DNA of 32,000 bases from Deltaproteobacteria bacterium UBA6106 (GTDB taxonomy: Bacteria > Desulfobacterota > Syntrophorhabdia > Syntrophorhabdales > Syntrophorhabdaceae): positions 81,998 through 113,997 of the forward strand of contig DIWM01000014.1 of assembly GCA_002428485.1 (NCBI GenBank), read 5' to 3'. The notes beneath the pieces were generated by a model that saw only the letters and a list, made by a program, of their open reading frames with translations, was not told the DNA's origin and searched no databases. The translations under genes and the position numbers were made by a program. Below are positions 8,343 through 16,478 of this stretch, one piece after another; position 1 is the stretch's first letter; each line of letters opens with the position of its first letter.

Positions 8343-9875
8343 ATGGCTGACAATTATTTAGCGAGCCTCAGGGCCACCATCGACCACCTGAAGGCCAGGG
8401 GGAAACTCCTGGAGACAGATGTGGAGGTTAACCCGGAACTGGAAATGACAGGTATTCAGAAGCATTTCGACGGAGGTCTCCCCATTCTTTTCAACAAGGT
8501 CAAGGGCTATCCCAACGGGAGGCTTTTCACCAACCTGTACGGTGACGGCAACCTTATTGCCGAGCTTTTCGACGCGGGGACCGAGAGGACCTTCAAGTTC
8601 AGGATCCTCGATGCCATCCGCAAACCCCTCCCTCCAAAAGAGGTAAAGTCTGCGCCCTGCCAGGAGGTTGTCATCGACAAGAACATCGATGTCTGGCCTA
8701 TCGTCCCCATGATCAAGCACACGCCGACCGACCCGGGAAGGACCCTGGGCGGGGGCAACACGCTCGCCACCGGGAAATGGTTCTGGGGCGGCACCCACAT
8801 AAGCTACAACAGGATGTTCTTCCGCGGGCCTGATTTCTCCACCTTCCAGATATCACCCGGCTCCCACACCGACATGATCGCATCAAAGTTCTACCGCAAG
8901 GAGCCCATACCCCTGACCATCAACATGGGAGTTCCTCCTGCGTGTACCCTGATGGCAGGCGCCGGCTTCGTTTATACGATCCTTCCTGCAGGATGTGACG
9001 AGCTCGGGATAGCAGGGGCGGTGCAGGGCTTCCCCGTTGACATCGTCAAGGCAAAGACGATCGATGCCTACTCGATCGCACAGGCAGAGTACGTCATCGA
9101 AGGGTATCTTGACACCACGCAGAAGGTCTGGGAGAGCGAACTGGCGGAGCGCGACCAGAAACAGGGCGTCTATCCCTTCCACCCCGAATGGTCGGGGTAC
9201 ATGGGCAAGGCCTATCGCACCTATAAGTTTGTGGTAACCGGTATCACCTACCGGAAAGACAGGCCCATCTACTACCCGCTCTGCGTGCACAGCTATGATG
9301 ACCACAACATCGACACCATGGTGAGGACCGCGACCTTCCTCGAACTGGCGGAGCGCGTCTGCCCGGGGCTGACCGTAGATACCAACATCCCCATGGCAAT
9401 CCCCGACTGGGGCGGCGTGATCTTCCAGGTCAAGAAACGCAGACAGCGGGACGAAGGGTTCGTGAAGAACATCCTCTCTACTGCCCTTTCCTGCTCCATC
9501 GGCGCCCGGATTGCCATCGCTGTCGACCCCGACATCGACATCTACAGCATGGACGATGTGATGTGGGCCATTGCGACCCGCGTCGACGCCAAGGACGATA
9601 TCATGATCGTGTCGCCGGGAGGCGCGGGGCAGACCTTCCAGCCCGCAGAGAGAAGCTCAGCAGGAGAGAAGGACTGGACGCAGACCAATATCAGATTTTC
9701 AGGTGCCATCGCGCTCGACGCCACTGTTCCTTTCAGATACGTGGATGCCTTCGAGAAGGCGAAATACCCGATCGAGGTTGTTGATCCGAAAAAATGGTTC
9801 TCGGACGAGCAGATAGCAAAAGGAAAGGCGCCTCAGGCAGAATACGCGAAACTCTTCGCGAGGACAGGGTTTTAG
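8343..9875 (+). CDS. UbiD-family (prFMN-dependent) reversible decarboxylase, substrate unknown
   Basis: Strong RBS AAGAGGAGG. By manual alignment to E. coli UbiD, these family motifs are present: PILFNKVKGYP, ISYNR (aligned to NLGIYR), PGSHTD, CDELGIAGAVQG, AQAEYVIEGYL, and the C-terminal AIAVDPDIDIYSMDDVMWAIATRVD. The EGPxG(D/E)xxGY motif is diverged to YPFHPEWSGY. Confidence 0.85.
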   Translation: MADNYLASLRATIDHLKARGKLLETDVEVNPELEMTGIQKHFDGGLPILFNKVKGYPNGRLFTNLYGDGNLIAELFDAGTERTFKFRILDAIRKPLPPKEVKSAPCQEVVIDKNIDVWPIVPMIKHTPTDPGRTLGGGNTLATGKWFWGGTHISYNRMFFRGPDFSTFQISPGSHTDMIASKFYRKEPIPLTINMGVPPACTLMAGAGFVYTILPAGCDELGIAGAVQGFPVDIVKAKTIDAYSIAQAEYVIEGYLDTTQKVWESELAERDQKQGVYPFHPEWSGYMGKAYRTYKFVVTGITYRKDRPIYYPLCVHSYDDHNIDTMVRTATFLELAERVCPGLTVDTNIPMAIPDWGGVIFQVKKRRQRDEGFVKNILSTALSCSIGARIAIAVDPDIDIYSMDDVMWAIATRVDAKDDIMIVSPGGAGQTFQPAERSSAGEKDWTQTNIRFSGAIALDATVPFRYVDAFEKAKYPIEVVDPKKWFSDEQIAKGKAPQAEYAKLFARTGF

Positions 9876-9888
9876 ATAAACATATTGC

Positions 9889-9917
9889 GGGACCCTGCAC
9901 GACGCGTGCGGGGTCTC
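9889..9917 (+). other. Stable intercistronic stem-loop between the UbiD and CoA-ligase genes
   Basis: GGGACCCTGCACG acg CGTGCGGGGTCTC. The stem is 11-13 bp with G-U wobbles and a triloop, and no U tract follows. Confidence 0.5.
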
Positions 9918-9944
9918 CTACCATGAGAAAGGGGGTTTATTCTG

Positions 9945-11492
9945 TTGGAACAGGAGAAAAATCAAAGCGTCTATCAAGATTGGTCTCAAATAATCGAGCG
10001 CAACGCTAAAAACTTTACAAATAAAATTTACATCGAAAGCCTGGATCAAGGCAGGGGCGTCACCTTCGGCGAGATGAACATTTACTGTAACCAGATAAGC
10101 GATTTCCTGAGGGGAAAAAAGATTGTTGCCGGTGACAGGGTAAGCCTCATCGGGAAAAATACGATCGAAACGCTTATTATCTATTTTGGGATATTGAAGT
10201 ATGGCGCAATTGTAAATCCCATCTTTTTTGAGGAAAGCGAAAGCAACTTTTATCGCATCGTCAACATGGTCAAACCCAAAATTATCTTCTTCGATGAGGA
10301 TCTGAACCTTGATGCGGCTCAGTGCACGTCGTCGGATTGGATAAAATTTTCGGAGCACGGGACCGGACCGGACGGCGACAGCTTTTTCAGACAGCTCAAA
10401 ACGTACGACCCAATATTTAACGGACAGAATGTAAAAAGGGAGGATGTCTGTGTTATCCTTTATACATCCGGCACAACTGAAACCCCGAAGGGAATACATA
10501 TATCACGGGAAGGTCTCTTTTACATGACCGATGAGATTGTCGACAGGACCGGGATGACGAGTCAGGATAGAGTGCTTGAATACCGGGCCTATAACTGGGC
10601 ATCCGTACAGCTTCTTACAGTGCTTTCCTCTATGCTCAACGGGGCCACCCTTTTTCTCGCTAAAAAGTTCTCCCGCAGACATTTCACTGATTGGCTGAAA
10701 AAACACGATATCACGATCTCTTCAGGCGTTCCTGCCGTCATCAACATGCTTATAAATGAGCCCGTTGGATTGGGAAGGAACAACGTGCCCTCGCTGAAAT
10801 ATATAACCTCAAGCTCGGCGCCGCTGAGCGTGGAAAGTCATCTGCGTTTCGAGGAGCTTTACGGGATCCCTATCCAGCAGATGATGGGAATGAGCGAAGC
10901 GGGATGGATGGTAGGAAATCCTCCCGGCAGACGTAAGGTCGGTTCGGTCGGCCTTCCCATGAAGCACAAGGAGATCAAGTTCCTGAACGAACAGGGCAAT
11001 GAGTGCACGCCTGGCGAGGTTGGAGAGATGGTCGTAGGTGGTAGATCCATGGGGCTTTGCTATGTAAAGGATGACGGCAACACCGAACGGTTCCCCGAGG
11101 ATGGTTTTCCAACCGGCGACTTGGGCTACAAGGACGAAGAAGGGTATATCTATATCACTGGCAGAAAGAAGGACCTGATCATCCGGGGCGGCATCAATAT
11201 CTCTCCCATGGAGATCACATCCCGCGTAATGGAGCATCCTGCGATCAGTGAGGCAGCAACGCTGGGGGTGCCGGACAGTATCTACGGGGAAGAGGTGGTC
11301 TGTTTTGCCGTGGCAAAGACGGGGGCAGGGACAAGCGCCGACGAGATAATAGGCCATTGCAAAAAGACGCTTCCCGATTTTAAGATACCGAAAAAGATTA
11401 TCTTCTTAGATTCATTACCACGGAACCAGCGTGGAAAAGTTGCAAAAAATGATCTCTTAAAACTATTTGAGAAGCAGGGAAAAAATATATAA
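9945..11492 (+). CDS. ANL-superfamily AMP-forming acyl/aryl-CoA ligase
   Basis: The only in-frame start is TTG at 9945, preceded by AAAGGGGG. The adenylation P-loop is ILYTSGTTETPKG. Also present are GDLGYKDEEGYIYITGRKKDLIIRGGINISPMEIT and the C-terminal catalytic Lys motif LPRNQRGKVAKNDL. Confidence 0.85.
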   Translation: MEQEKNQSVYQDWSQIIERNAKNFTNKIYIESLDQGRGVTFGEMNIYCNQISDFLRGKKIVAGDRVSLIGKNTIETLIIYFGILKYGAIVNPIFFEESESNFYRIVNMVKPKIIFFDEDLNLDAAQCTSSDWIKFSEHGTGPDGDSFFRQLKTYDPIFNGQNVKREDVCVILYTSGTTETPKGIHISREGLFYMTDEIVDRTGMTSQDRVLEYRAYNWASVQLLTVLSSMLNGATLFLAKKFSRRHFTDWLKKHDITISSGVPAVINMLINEPVGLGRNNVPSLKYITSSSAPLSVESHLRFEELYGIPIQQMMGMSEAGWMVGNPPGRRKVGSVGLPMKHKEIKFLNEQGNECTPGEVGEMVVGGRSMGLCYVKDDGNTERFPEDGFPTGDLGYKDEEGYIYITGRKKDLIIRGGINISPMEITSRVMEHPAISEAATLGVPDSIYGEEVVCFAVAKTGAGTSADEIIGHCKKTLPDFKIPKKIIFLDSLPRNQRGKVAKNDLLKLFEKQGKNI

Positions 11493-11514
11493 ATAAAAAA
11501 AGAAGGGGGAAAAA

Positions 11515-12510
11515 ATGAAAAAAGATCGTATTTGCATGGGTAAGGTATTTTTTTCTGTTTTACTGATATGTCTGCTGGTAGTATCTATGGCAACCGCAGC
11601 AGAAAAACCGGTGAAGATAGTGATAAGCGGCGGGACTGCAGGAGGGGCATGGTCTGCCGTAACGGAAGGGGTCGCCGAGTCATTGAGACGGAGCCTTCCT
11701 TCAGGCTCTTCAATATCAACGACCACCGGCACTGACTCGACCAATTTCATTCGTCTGGAAAAGGGGTCGTCCGATCTTGCGATCGGCGTCTCGTCAACGG
11801 CCATGAGCGCCCTGAACGGCAAAGAACCCTATAAATCTCCGATGAAGAACATCAAGGCGGTCACCGCCTTGTTCGATGAGCCTTTCCAGTTTGTTATCCT
11901 TAAAAAGACGGGGATCAAGGACTTCTCAGACATAAAGGCAAAAAAATACAAATTGCGCCATTCGCCCAACAAGAAGGGCAATTTTATGGAAATAGTCTGC
12001 GAGAAGATATTCGAGCAGTACGGGTTCGACTATAAGGCGCTGCAAGGCTGGGGCGGCAAGGTCTTTTACAACAGCTATGGGGAATCGATCAACCTGATGA
12101 GGGGCGATAGCCTCGATTCTTTAAGCGGCTGCAGTCCGGTACCGACCACTCAGTTCGTCGAGCTCGGGGGCACCCATGACATAACCATACTTCCCTTGAG
12201 TGAAAAGGTTATCAATTCATTAAATAAGGAATTCGGGACAAACAAAATGGTGATCCCTGCCAGTGCCTATAAATTTTTAAATGCTGACGTTCCAACGATA
12301 GCCGCCAGGAATATTCTTGCGTGCAAGGCTGACCTGCCAGATGATCTCGTCTATAAGATCGCCAAGTCAATCTACGAAAAGCGCGATTACCTCTCCAGCG
12401 TCCACGTGGTCCTGAAGGGACTGAACCCCTCTTTTATGACCTCTACAGGAGGCGTCCCTCTGCACCCGGGGGCAATAAAGTTTTATAAAGAGGTCGGCGT
12501 TCTGAAATAA
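11515..12510 (+). CDS. TRAP transporter solute-binding protein, TAXI family
   Basis: A signal-like N terminus (VFFSVLLICLLVVSMATAAEKP) is followed by the TAXI hallmark VISGGTAGGAWSAVTEGVAESL. The protein is 331 aa and lies directly upstream of a fused TRAP permease. Confidence 0.75.
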   Translation: MKKDRICMGKVFFSVLLICLLVVSMATAAEKPVKIVISGGTAGGAWSAVTEGVAESLRRSLPSGSSISTTTGTDSTNFIRLEKGSSDLAIGVSSTAMSALNGKEPYKSPMKNIKAVTALFDEPFQFVILKKTGIKDFSDIKAKKYKLRHSPNKKGNFMEIVCEKIFEQYGFDYKALQGWGGKVFYNSYGESINLMRGDSLDSLSGCSPVPTTQFVELGGTHDITILPLSEKVINSLNKEFGTNKMVIPASAYKFLNADVPTIAARNILACKADLPDDLVYKIAKSIYEKRDYLSSVHVVLKGLNPSFMTSTGGVPLHPGAIKFYKEVGVLK

Positions 12511-12526
12511 AGAGACGATACTGAGC

Positions 12527-12561
12527 TCCCGGGCCTTACCCCAACGGGGTATTGTCCGGGG
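12527..12561 (+). other. Bipartite stem-loop between the binding-protein and permease genes
   Basis: The outer stem is CCCGG (12528-12532) with CCGGG (12556-12560). The inner stem is TACCCC aac GGGGTA (12537-12551). No U tract follows. Confidence 0.45.
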
Positions 12562-12619
12562 CTTCTGCTCGCTGATGAAGGCAAGTTCCATGAGGAATGA
12601 GCCTTAATGGAGGGGGACA

Positions 12620-14506
12620 ATGACATTTGATTCGGTTATGAAGAAGGCGGCAAAGGTCATTGCGATTCTTGCTACCTTGTACCATGTGTACATCGGCTTC
12701 TTTGGCCTCACCAGGCCCCTTGCAAATTATGCAATTACGCTTTCGCTGTTCATGTGCCTTGCTTTTCTCTACGTTCCCTTCAAGGGGAAGGGGAAAAAGA
12801 TTATCATCTTCGACGCCGTCTTGGCTCTGTTATCGCTGGTCGTCGGATTTTATGTCGTTGCGAATTACCAGACAATATCTGTGCGTCCTACAATGGTAGG
12901 AGAGCTAACCGTCATCGAGTATGGACTTGGCATCCTGGCAATCTTATTGGTACTGGAATCAACACGGAGAACGATCGGAATGCCCCTTGTCTACATCGCG
13001 GCATTCTTTCTCGCATATTGCTACTTTGGAAATTACCTGCCCGGCATGTTCAGTCATAGCGGATTCTCCGGCGGCGATGTCATCGAATCGATGTACCTGA
13101 CGCTGGACGGCATACACGGCACGCCCATAGCGGTCGTGGCAACGCTTGTCATCCAGTTTGTGCTCTTCGGGGCTTTTCTCGAAGCCTCAGGCGCCGCAAA
13201 GTTCTTCGTTGATATATCAATGTCATTGATGGGACGATTGAGAGGCGCTGCGGGACACATCGGAAATTTTTCGGCTGCTCTCTTTGGTACGATGACGGGC
13301 AGCCCGACTGCGAGCGCGGTAACAGTCGGCTCCTTCAGCATCCCAATGATGAAAAAGACAGGATTTACGTCCATATTTTCCGGCGCGATCACAGCCGTAT
13401 CGTGCACCGGCGCCGCCTTAATGCCCCCGGTCATGGGAACGGCAGCCTTCCTTATGGCTGAAATGACCGGTACCCGATATATAGATATATGCAAGGCCGC
13501 TATTTTCCCTGCCATGCTCTATTTTTTTTCATGTTCTCTCATCGTCTATTTTGAAGCGTCCAGGACCGGCATTACAGGGTTCCGGAAAGATGAACTGCCG
13601 AGCTTTGTCAAAACGATACCCATAAGCTTACAATACATGGGCCCGATCGCGGTCCTTATCATACTCCTGATCACGGGATATTCTCCCGCCCTGTGTGCCG
13701 TTGTCGCCTCCTTTTTGATCTTTCTCGCAAGCTTTTTCAGGAAGGCAACCCGCATGAACCTCCGCAGCCTTATCAGTGCGCTTGAGGCAACTGCCAAGAC
13801 ATCCATATCGGTTGCAACATCCTGTGCGTCTGCCGGTATAGTTGTCGGTGCAATAGTCCTGACGGGGCTGGGTGGCAAGTTCGCCAGCATAGTGGTTGCC
13901 ATATCCCACCAGAGCTTGTTCCTTGCGCTTTTTCTGACTATGATCGCTTCTCTCATACTGGGCATGGGGATGCCGCTTCCCGTGGTGTACATCCTGACTG
14001 CCGTGCTTTGCGGCCCTGCGATAGCCACCCTCGGTATTCCTATAATTGCCGCGCACCTGTTCCTTGTCTATTTTGCCTGCATCTCGGCCGTTACTCCGCC
14101 CGTTGCGGTCGCCGCTTATGCAACGGCTGCAATAGCGGAAGACAACCCCGTGAAAATAGGCTTTGTGGGATTCAAATATGCAATAGCGGGGTTCATCATC
14201 CCCTACGTTATGATCTATGAGCAATCGATACTGCTGCAAGGAAGTATCTTCAAAATTGCGATAACGGTTGCATCATGTTCGTTAGGGGTTTTTGCCCTCT
14301 CCTCGGCTGTATCAAATTGGTTATTTACTTCATTGTCGCGCTGGGAAAAGGTATTGCTTTTCGCGGGCGGGGTTTTGCTTGTCTACCCCGAGTTAATTAC
14401 AAGCCTGATCGGCATCTGTTGTATAGCCCCTGTATTGCGTATAAATTATGGTAAGAAAGTCATATTAAAACAAGCGGTGGCAAACAAAACGGGTACCGCC
14501 ACTTGA
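12620..14506 (+). CDS. TRAP transporter fused (4TM/12TM type) permease
   Basis: A 628-aa polytopic membrane protein that is hydrophobic throughout. RBS GGAGGGGG. Its position right after a TAXI binding protein is the standard TAXI-TRAP layout. Confidence 0.75.
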   Translation: MTFDSVMKKAAKVIAILATLYHVYIGFFGLTRPLANYAITLSLFMCLAFLYVPFKGKGKKIIIFDAVLALLSLVVGFYVVANYQTISVRPTMVGELTVIEYGLGILAILLVLESTRRTIGMPLVYIAAFFLAYCYFGNYLPGMFSHSGFSGGDVIESMYLTLDGIHGTPIAVVATLVIQFVLFGAFLEASGAAKFFVDISMSLMGRLRGAAGHIGNFSAALFGTMTGSPTASAVTVGSFSIPMMKKTGFTSIFSGAITAVSCTGAALMPPVMGTAAFLMAEMTGTRYIDICKAAIFPAMLYFFSCSLIVYFEASRTGITGFRKDELPSFVKTIPISLQYMGPIAVLIILLITGYSPALCAVVASFLIFLASFFRKATRMNLRSLISALEATAKTSISVATSCASAGIVVGAIVLTGLGGKFASIVVAISHQSLFLALFLTMIASLILGMGMPLPVVYILTAVLCGPAIATLGIPIIAAHLFLVYFACISAVTPPVAVAAYATAAIAEDNPVKIGFVGFKYAIAGFIIPYVMIYEQSILLQGSIFKIAITVASCSLGVFALSSAVSNWLFTSLSRWEKVLLFAGGVLLVYPELITSLIGICCIAPVLRINYGKKVILKQAVANKTGTAT

Positions 14507-14530
14507 AAAATATTCTCAGGAGGTAAATAA

Positions 14531-14803
14531 ATGGCAAAAGATCCTGGTTTAGGAAGAAAGATCAAGGCAGAGGTTGTCGACCTGAAAGGACAATGCAACG
14601 CAGGCCACAAGGTTGGAGACCAGTTCGATGTCAGTTGCTGGAATACCGGGGGCATGTGCGGCTTTCTCTATCATGCCATATTCCCCACACTCCAGGTGAT
14701 GCAGTTCGACGGGAGCTATCCCTGGGGAACGGATGAAGCGGTTATTCATTGTCCCGACAGCTACAACCTGCTTACCATCAAGTTGTGGAGGGTCAAAGAG
14801 TAA
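14531..14803 (+). CDS. Small Cys-rich protein resembling the uncharacterised TIGR04076 family
   Basis: 90 aa with RBS AGGAGG. The pattern GQCNAGHKVGDQF...SCWNTGGMCGFLYHAIFP...FDGSYPW...VIHCPD...LTIKLWRV matches my recollection of the TIGR04076 signature (C..H..GD.F / G.C / G..PW / C.D). It has four Cys and several His. Confidence 0.55.
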   Translation: MAKDPGLGRKIKAEVVDLKGQCNAGHKVGDQFDVSCWNTGGMCGFLYHAIFPTLQVMQFDGSYPWGTDEAVIHCPDSYNLLTIKLWRVKE

Positions 14804-14826
14804 CAAATAGTGCAACAGGAGGTATC

Positions 14827-15432
14827 GTGAAAAGGATAGTGGTAGGAATTACAGGGGCAACGGCCGTCATCTACGGGATACGGCTTCTTGAGGTCCTGTC
14901 GGAGCTGAATGTGGAGACCCATCTGATCCTCTCCGAACAGGCCAAGAGGAACATATGTATAGAGAGTGATTTCGAGGTCAATACCGTAGAGAAACTTGCC
15001 AGCCGCGTGCATGATATAAAAGATATGGCAGCCTCTATCTCAAGCGGGTCTTTTAAAACTGACGGAATGGTGATCGTCCCCTGCACGATAAAGACATTGT
15101 CTGGCGTTGCCCATTCCTATAACGATAATCTTATCGTGAGGGCGGCAGACGTTGCCCTGAAGGAAAAAAGAAAGCTCGTTCTTATGGTAAGAGAAACTCC
15201 CCTGCACAAAGGCCATCTTGAAATGATGGGCAGGGTTGCCGATCTGGGAGGCGTTATCCTTCCACCTGTCCCTGCATTCTATAATGCCCCGAAGACCATC
15301 AAAGACATCATTGATCACACGGTAGGGAAGATCCTTGACCAGTTTGACATCGACCACCACCTGTTCAGAAGGTGGGAGGGCGTTGAGGATGAGACACAGA
15401 CATCGGGGTTAAATATAGTCCGCTCAGGTTAA
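14827..15432 (+). CDS. ubiX: Flavin prenyltransferase UbiX (prFMN synthase)
   Basis: GTG at 14827 is preceded by AGGAGG. The N terminus VKRIVVGITGATAVIYGIRLLEVL is the flavoprotein fold motif. Also present are MVIVPCTIKTLSGVAHSYNDNLIVRAADVALKE.RKLVLMVRETPL. The 201-aa length is typical of the family. The track ORF start at 14749 is an upstream extension. Confidence 0.88.
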   Translation: MKRIVVGITGATAVIYGIRLLEVLSELNVETHLILSEQAKRNICIESDFEVNTVEKLASRVHDIKDMAASISSGSFKTDGMVIVPCTIKTLSGVAHSYNDNLIVRAADVALKEKRKLVLMVRETPLHKGHLEMMGRVADLGGVILPPVPAFYNAPKTIKDIIDHTVGKILDQFDIDHHLFRRWEGVEDETQTSGLNIVRSG

Positions 15433-15493
15433 ACGGGAGGCAGAAGTAGTTGATAGTACTAAGAAAATGGTTACCGCCGCACAGAGTATTGTC

Positions 15494-15522
15494 TTGACAG
15501 AAAAACAGCGTAGTTATATTAT
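15494..15522 (+). promoter_or_regulatory. Near-consensus sigma70 promoter of the GntR-family regulator gene
   Basis: TTGACA (15494-15499), a 17-nt spacer, then TATTAT (15517-15522). Confidence 0.5.
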
Positions 15523-15560
15523 CTTTATTAAAATTGAATATTCGACTATGAGGTGCGCCT

Positions 15561-16271
15561 GTGGCAGGAAGTAAAATGAAGTCTGTATTTAAGACGGTTC
15601 AAAGAGGAAGGCTCTCCGACAATGTTGTGTTTCAAATAAAAAAGAGCATTATCGATGGCGTATATAAACCGGGCGAAAAACTGCCATCAGAAAAATATCT
15701 TCTGGAAATGTTCAATGTAAGCAGAGGATCTTTGAGGGAGGCCTTGAAATCACTGGAACGACTTGGGTTTGTTGTCATAAAAACAGGCGTATTCGGCGGC
15801 GCGTACGTCATCGACAAGGCAATGCGTTCGTTCTCCAATACGCTTTACGATATAATCAAAATGAACAAGATCAGTTTCCATGAACTTCTGGAGACGAGAG
15901 AGATTATCGAACCCGGAATCGCAGCCCTCGCGGCCGCAAAAAGAACCAAGGAAGACATAAAACAGCTAGAGGCCCTGATTGCCCTGCGGGACAAATCAAT
16001 GCAGGCAAACAAGATTCCAATAATCGTGAATATCGACTGGCATCAGGTAGTGGCGATGGCCTCTAAAAATCAATTGCTCTGTCTTGTGATTGATGCCATA
16101 GCTATGACCCTGAACGACGAATTTAAGAAAATCAGTTTAAGCCTAGAGGACCACCGCGTCATCCTTGATTTCCACAAAAAGATAACCGCCTGCATTAAAG
16201 ATGGAGACGCAAAGGGCGCTTCAACGCTAATGCGTGAGCACATTGGCGATGTACTAAAAAGATTGACGTAG
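15561..16271 (+). CDS. GntR-family transcriptional regulator, FadR subfamily (wHTH plus FCD domain)
   Basis: The wHTH is KLPSEKYLLEMFNVSRGSLREALKSLERLGFVVIKTG. The C-terminal all-helical FCD-like domain carries the spaced His residues DWHQV, DFHKK and REHI. The start could instead be ATG at 15576. Confidence 0.8.
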   Translation: MAGSKMKSVFKTVQRGRLSDNVVFQIKKSIIDGVYKPGEKLPSEKYLLEMFNVSRGSLREALKSLERLGFVVIKTGVFGGAYVIDKAMRSFSNTLYDIIKMNKISFHELLETREIIEPGIAALAAAKRTKEDIKQLEALIALRDKSMQANKIPIIVNIDWHQVVAMASKNQLLCLVIDAIAMTLNDEFKKISLSLEDHRVILDFHKKITACIKDGDAKGASTLMREHIGDVLKRLT

Positions 16272-16363
16272 CTAAATTCACGATGTTTCGGAAAATCTCA
16301 AATAAATTTCATTATATAAACAATAAGAATATTATTTTAATATTATTAACGATAAATTTAATG

Positions 16364-16377
16364 TTCATTATAATGAA
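16364..16377. promoter_or_regulatory. Perfect 14-bp palindrome upstream of the DctP-type gene promoter
   Basis: TTCATTATAATGAA equals its own reverse complement. It lies in an AT-rich tract that also has AATATTATT direct repeats at 16328 and 16339, 11 bp apart. Confidence 0.3.
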
Positions 16378-16414
16378 TTTAAATATTATATTTTTTAATA
16401 TTTCGGCAATTCTG

Positions 16415-16443
16415 TTGACAAATGCGCTCAGGTTTACTATAAA
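16415..16443 (+). promoter_or_regulatory. Near-consensus sigma70 promoter of the DctP-type binding-protein gene
   Basis: TTGACA (16415-16420), a 17-nt spacer, then TATAAA (16438-16443). It is flanked by GTTTAC (16432-16437) and GTTTAA (16446-16451). Confidence 0.5.
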
Positions 16444-16478
16444 GTGTTTAAAATCTCATTTTTCCAGGAGGGTTGTGT

